Assembly: GCA_945877765.1 (NCBI GenBank)
Contig: CAMDWQ010000003.1
Coordinates: 52,168 to 116,167, forward strand
Source: Candidatus Omnitrophota bacterium
Lineage (GTDB): Bacteria; Omnitrophota; Gorgyraeia; 2-02-FULL-51-18
DNA: 64,000 nt
Reading direction: 5' to 3'
Positions 59,161-64,000 of the stretch are shown here, piece by piece (position 1 is the stretch's first letter; every line of letters starts with the position of its first letter). A program made the position numbers and the translations under genes. Below the pieces are notes generated by a model. It had not been told where the DNA came from, did no database searches, and worked only from the letters and a program-made list of their open reading frames with translations.

Positions 59161-62100
59161 CTAAGCCGCAGCGCCGACAGCGATCTCGACTAAATGCGCG
59201 TAGGCGGCAATTTGCTGGAAGTCAAACTTAAGCGCTGCCACAACAAGGGGCTCGATCTTCCGGAGGTATTCTGTTTTGGCTTGAGGGTCATTAAAATCGC
59301 TTGGGATTTGGTGCAATATTTTAAATGTCTTTGGCTCCACAAGCGACACCTCATACGCGTTGGCTGTTAAAGGAGTGATGAGTCGCTTGATTTCTAAATA
59401 TTCATCAGTCCGCCGGATGCCGGCGGTCTTGACTACCGTGTCAAGAACTCGGACGATATGACCACCCTCTTTTTGGATCAGGGAAATTCCAGATTTCTCA
59501 GGGACTTCCATTTTCTCCAAGGTATCTTTGGCGGCCACTACTGACTTTAGCGCCCCTGGGGGAGCGGTCGCAAAAGATAAGCGCGGATCATCATCCAGTA
59601 CCATTTGTCCATCTTCGCGCCGCACAAATTGAACATAAATATGTCTATTTTCTAAAAAATTCATCGCTGCCCCAAGCATGTTAAGAAGCGGCCCGGACAC
59701 GCCATCAGGAAACACATCTTGCGTGACCATGTGAACTACCACGGGATCGCCATCGGGAGCACCGAGAACGATTCGCATCGTTTGCCTGACCGCTAGAGCC
59801 ACAGCCGGCACCTCCTGGTCGGCCAAAACAGTTGTCGTATGGAGCTCTTCTTGAATCGCTTTGATTTCTGCCGCACCTTGCGCGATTTCATCGGGAGTCA
59901 GCTTCACATGGCCTATTTCATTCTGATGATCCCCATAAAAAACGACAACACCCTCCTCACTCTCGTGAAGTAGAGCCAATCCATTATCAAAATCAAACGG
60001 AAAGTTTCCTGCTTTTATCGCGGCTGCGACATACATCCGGATAACGCTTTGGTCCTTGGCGTCAAGCTGACCGAGGCTAGTCAGCACCCGTCCTTCTGGC
60101 TTTCCAAAAGTCTTGGCCAATTTTTCGATGGGTGTACCTTCGTCCGCCTCAACCAGAAGCTTTCTTTTGGGATCAATCGACACATGTACGGCACTCGCGC
60201 CCATTTTTAATCGCAATTCCTTGTCGGTTGAATAATATCTGGGCCATGGGTTGCTTGCTGGAATAGTAATCGCCAACCGAGCGCCGTGTGGCGGAGGGTT
60301 GATCTCATTCATCGTCTTGTCTAGCAACCCGGAATCAGTTGCTTTCAAGATAGTCCTAAGACGATTTTCCGCCTCGCCAAGAGAGATACGCTTAGAAGCA
60401 TCAGCAGCAGTCAAATCGTAGATCAATTCAACCAACCCTGATTTTCTCAAAACATTCACAAGCATATTTGTGATATCAGCTATCAACATACTTCCTAATC
60501 CAAAAGTATGGAATGCACCTTTTTCGGACGCTATAAAAATTATTAAAATTGATCTGCCGAAACTATAGGCATCAAGAGACTTCTCGGTCACATCACCAAG
60601 AGACTCGGGGGAAGCGTATAGATTGGTACGTGCATTGCTGAGTCGCTTGCCCACCTTCCTCAAACTAAGAAAGTCAATGATCCAAAGCTTAAGCTCATCA
60701 TTAAAAATTGCATTTGATGGCTTCACGTCGCCGTGAACAAAACCAAGAGTATGCAACTCTTGAAGTTTTGCCGCCCAAGCAATAAGCAACTGGAGCACGG
60801 AACGAAGTGTTAGAGACTCCAAATTTTTGCTCTCAAGATCTTTGAGCCTGGGAACATCCGAAACAAAAAAATCTCTTCCATTGAATTTTCCTACAGCAAC
60901 GATATTTTCCCAATCAATCAACTGACTGCCCTTGACGGCGCTAACCCGGCGAAATCTCAGATAAACAAGTGCCTCTTGCCTTATTTGAGCATTGGATTCT
61001 GGTGTCCGCGCGATTTTATACGTCAGATTCCCTTTAGAGAAAATCTCCCCAGTCCCTCCCCACCCAACGTCTTCTGCATCCGCTGGAATATCATCCAAGA
61101 AAGGAATCTGGGTCATAAGGGCGATCTTTTTCATAGACGGCACTTTGATAACTCTTTGCGGAGGACCTAAGCGTGTCGCCAGGTCAGTGGGTTTCTCCTC
61201 CGCATCGTTGTTCCCACTTTTCGCAAGCCGCGCGCCCGAATCTTCATCCTCTTGGGATTCATCAACATCGATGATTCGCCTCAAAGCAATCTTTCGCTCA
61301 GGCTCGGTTTTTGTTTTATCAAAAACAACGTATTTAAAACCTAACCACGAAAATTCGATACGAGTCGCTATGCCCGTAATCTCCTCGCCATTCGTTAAGG
61401 TAATGGTGATTGGTTTTCTAAAACCCATCACCCGAAGCAATCTTTGAAGTTTAGTGGCATTTTCGTCCCAATAATCGATTAGTCTTATCTTGGGCGCTTG
61501 CACAGTTACAGAATCATTCTCAAAATTGGTCTTACCAAATATATATTTTTTCTTAAACAATCTATCGAACAACTCAAAAAAAGAATCAATTGGCGAAAGC
61601 CCCAGGTTCTCAAGCCGTAGCCTATTCAAGGCCTCGCCAACAAAATCTGAATCAGTAGCCCTCCAGACATCGCGAACTCGCCACAAGCTTACCGATCGAA
61701 GCCTGTCGTCTCCTTGAATCTCCAAAAGAATCTGCATTCCAAGCAGGCTCGACATAAAACGGATAGGAATACCAATAACTTTAGCGCCAAAAGGAACCGT
61801 AGTCAGAACCACTGGAAGCTGCTCGTAAATCATCTCTTGTAACCGCTCTTCAATTGTCAGCTCAAAATCTTCGCTTGCCAGCCGCGCCCCACCCGATTCG
61901 CCCATTGAGCGGGTTTTAGCATTGTCAATAATAAGCGGCGTAATCTTCAGCTCATTAAGAGGTGTTTGTTTTGAGGTAGACATGAGTCGATTGAATGGCC
62001 AACGATTGGTGGGTGCCAGCCTCGCCCCTTCGACACGCAGCTTCGCCACTTGCTCGGGACCCATCTTCGCTTTGCTTAGCCTTGCCCCGTTGGCACGCCC

Positions 62101-64000
62101 ATTAACCTGGGGCGCTGAGAGTCCACTGTTCGAGAAAAAGTGCTCGTCTGATTTTTGTTTAGCAAACAGGAACCATGCCTGCAGGGCATTTTTTTCCATG
62201 CCATTATTGGAGACACGTTTAAATATATAAAATGCTATCTGAACTATACTTTTCAAGGCCTTGATATAGCGCGCTGGGGGGATTGGTGTTTCGCCCATGA
62301 CCGGTTCAAGAGAACCCGGATCGCGGAATGGAAAAAATGAAAAATTAAGATTATCCGGCATTGTGACCTCTGTGTATCTATTTTTAAATAAAAAACCATG
62401 ATAATTCACCATGCGCTCAACGAAGTCCGTCATATAATTATTTATGCGCTCATCATCTCCGATTGCCTGCGGATACATCGCCCTCAAAAGGATTTTAACT
62501 TCGTCCGCGCTTTGATCATTCCAAGCTTCCTCTAAGGTTAGGGTGGACATGCCTCGTAATATCCTCACGCTCACATAGTTTGTTTTTCCGCTTAATCGAT
62601 TGTAAATCGGGTGAGTTGCTACGGTATGGGGATCCAATAAGTTGGCGTCGTAATCATTCATTTGTTTCTGACGATGTTCGATCACGCTAAGCTCTTCTAG
62701 CCCCGCCAATCCATAGCCTACGGCGTATCCTCCTGCATGGTCACCCAAAACCATGATGGACTGATCAAATTCATTAAATGAAAAAAAGTGGCCGGCAGTC
62801 AAATCATTATTAGTTGAAAAATCTTGAAGCTCATTTAAGGGAATAAAAGAGCCCGTGCCTTTCCACTCAATAGAAAGAGAATCATTTGTATGGAGAGAGC
62901 CTTCCTTCTTTAATATATCCAAAAGTTCTTGATTGGTGAAAGAGTGGGGTTTTTGGATATCGGTGATGTTTTCAACCTCATCTAAAAGGTTTTGTGTTGT
63001 TTCAATTAATTGTCCAGAACTTGTCGAAAATGTCTTAAAGCCCGGAATCGTGAAAACACGCGAGGATTTATATTTTTGGGACCCATCATCAGCAGTGGTT
63101 TGAATGAAACGCACGAAACCTTTTATTGTCATGGGTTTGCCGTCGCGCCCAAGCACGGGAGTTAAGTTCATTTCTTGACGTACCTCTTCCCCCGTTAGCC
63201 TGTTAACGCTGCCATTGCGAACGTCGTAAATAGCGGGTGATTTTGTACCCTCTTCTTCAATGAATGGAACGGGAAGCAAATCACCGGTATAAAGATTAAA
63301 TGGTCCTTTTCCCGACGAGGACCGCATAAGCATGTACTCCGCTGGTTTCCAGATCACCCACGACTCAACGCCGGAAGAGACTCGAAGCCGCCCGTCGCTA
63401 GTAGCGAAGGCATTAATCAGGCGATGCTTTGATACAATTTTATCCATGCGTTCATTATGCCCATTCACCCAAGACTCAAGCTCGGCTGAACTCTTTCCAT
63501 CTAATATTATTTCCGGCAGATCGTACTCATCCAAACTTTCCTCAGCATCAGCGGCCATCCTCGCCCCCTGCCCCGCCGGGACAAGCTCTCTTTGTGGCGT
63601 AGGAGCTGGGACTGCTGGCTCTGGCTTCGGAACCGGAGTCGGGTGCGGCACAGGTGTGGGTGGACTGATTGGGACGTGCACGGGATCGACGCCTGGCTCT
63701 TCTTGGGGAATACCGGGTTTACTTGAAGTGGGAGAGGCTTGAAGAGCAAGCCGGGCGGCTGCGGCAGAACCTGTGGTTTGATTAAGCTTGGCTTGGAAGG
63801 CTGTTTTTAAATCTGGCTGATGGAGTTCCAAAGTATACTGCACGGCGTCCAGTTGATAGATTTTTTCTGCAGGGACTTCCCCATTCACGAATCCTTGGGC
63901 GAGCGCAGTGATGTATCTCACGGTGGCGGACTGGGGATCATTTATTTCAGAGGAGTTGATCAATGGGTCAAAACGCAAGTCGGGTACTATCACGGGATTG
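59161..64000 (-). CDS. C-terminal part (>1610 aa) of a giant modular protein with GARLA-delimited domains, including a Ser/Thr kinase
   Basis: Frame is open to the window edge; seven (G/A)AR(L/M)(A/S) motifs; kinase motifs GWGGTG, YK, HGDVKPSN, IIDF, YASPE, DAYSFG. Confidence 0.9.
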   Translation of the reverse strand, partial: NPVIVPDLRFDPLINSSEINDPQSATVRYITALAQGFVNGEVPAEKIYQLDAVQYTLELHQPDLKTAFQAKLNQTTGSAAAARLALQASPTSSKPGIPQEEPGVDPVHVPISPPTPVPHPTPVPKPEPAVPAPTPQRELVPAGQGARMAADAEESLDEYDLPEIILDGKSSAELESWVNGHNERMDKIVSKHRLINAFATSDGRLRVSSGVESWVIWKPAEYMLMRSSSGKGPFNLYTGDLLPVPFIEEEGTKSPAIYDVRNGSVNRLTGEEVRQEMNLTPVLGRDGKPMTIKGFVRFIQTTADDGSQKYKSSRVFTIPGFKTFSTSSGQLIETTQNLLDEVENITDIQKPHSFTNQELLDILKKEGSLHTNDSLSIEWKGTGSFIPLNELQDFSTNNDLTAGHFFSFNEFDQSIMVLGDHAGGYAVGYGLAGLEELSVIEHRQKQMNDYDANLLDPHTVATHPIYNRLSGKTNYVSVRILRGMSTLTLEEAWNDQSADEVKILLRAMYPQAIGDDERINNYMTDFVERMVNYHGFLFKNRYTEVTMPDNLNFSFFPFRDPGSLEPVMGETPIPPARYIKALKSIVQIAFYIFKRVSNNGMEKNALQAWFLFAKQKSDEHFFSNSGLSAPQVNGRANGARLSKAKMGPEQVAKLRVEGARLAPTNRWPFNRLMSTSKQTPLNELKITPLIIDNAKTRSMGESGGARLASEDFELTIEERLQEMIYEQLPVVLTTVPFGAKVIGIPIRFMSSLLGMQILLEIQGDDRLRSVSLWRVRDVWRATDSDFVGEALNRLRLENLGLSPIDSFFELFDRLFKKKYIFGKTNFENDSVTVQAPKIRLIDYWDENATKLQRLLRVMGFRKPITITLTNGEEITGIATRIEFSWLGFKYVVFDKTKTEPERKIALRRIIDVDESQEDEDSGARLAKSGNNDAEEKPTDLATRLGPPQRVIKVPSMKKIALMTQIPFLDDIPADAEDVGWGGTGEIFSKGNLTYKIARTPESNAQIRQEALVYLRFRRVSAVKGSQLIDWENIVAVGKFNGRDFFVSDVPRLKDLESKNLESLTLRSVLQLLIAWAAKLQELHTLGFVHGDVKPSNAIFNDELKLWIIDFLSLRKVGKRLSNARTNLYASPESLGDVTEKSLDAYSFGRSILIIFIASEKGAFHTFGLGSMLIADITNMLVNVLRKSGLVELIYDLTAADASKRISLGEAENRLRTILKATDSGLLDKTMNEINPPPHGARLAITIPASNPWPRYYSTDKELRLKMGASAVHVSIDPKRKLLVEADEGTPIEKLAKTFGKPEGRVLTSLGQLDAKDQSVIRMYVAAAIKAGNFPFDFDNGLALLHESEEGVVVFYGDHQNEIGHVKLTPDEIAQGAAEIKAIQEELHTTTVLADQEVPAVALAVRQTMRIVLGAPDGDPVVVHMVTQDVFPDGVSGPLLNMLGAAMNFLENRHIYVQFVRREDGQMVLDDDPRLSFATAPPGALKSVVAAKDTLEKMEVPEKSGISLIQKEGGHIVRVLDTVVKTAGIRRTDEYLEIKRLITPLTANAYEVSLVEPKTFKILHQIPSDFNDPQAKTEYLRKIEPLVVAALKFDFQQIAAYAHLVEIAVGAAA

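Noticed and set aside
63991-63993. GTG start of the 1610-aa ORF
   Set aside because: The frame remains open to the window edge; the real start is upstream, outside the window.

Overview
Bacterial chromosomal window in which essentially every real gene lies on the minus strand. Gene content (LPS biosynthesis, mcsA-mcsB-clpC, yacL-ispDF-cysE-cysS, giant secreted proteins) suggests Candidatus Omnitrophota (OP3); this is inference, not a database result. A ~55 kb housekeeping block covers prfB with its +1 frameshift, secA, lnt, lysS, lolCD, ilvE, mcsAB-clpC, mlaEFD, ispDF, cysES, tmk, holB, metG, iscS, tatD, thiL, tsaEB, alr, ilvBNC-leuA, aroE-pilD-aroCK, dprA-topA-xerC and a waaA-lpxK-lpxL-heptosyltransferase LPS cluster. 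It is flanked by two partial very large genes. On the right is the 3' end (>1610 aa) of a modular protein whose unrelated domains (a Hanks-type kinase, a probable SelO-like fold, others) are separated by a recurring GARLA pentapeptide; a reversed-order AbiE toxin-antitoxin pair follows it. On the left is the 5' end of a second large secreted protein, missed by the ORF track, with a TIKI/TraB/ChaN-like N-terminal domain carrying three different in-frame palindromic DNA insertions. Highlights: (1) an intact 66-aa ThiS ubiquitin-like domain ending in GGG fused in-frame to the N-terminus of DNA topoisomerase I; (2) the GARLA-punctuated 'polyprotein' architecture; (3) a three-copy ~170-bp multi-stem intergenic element with clear covariation; (4) REP-like elements that contribute peptide sequence to several proteins.
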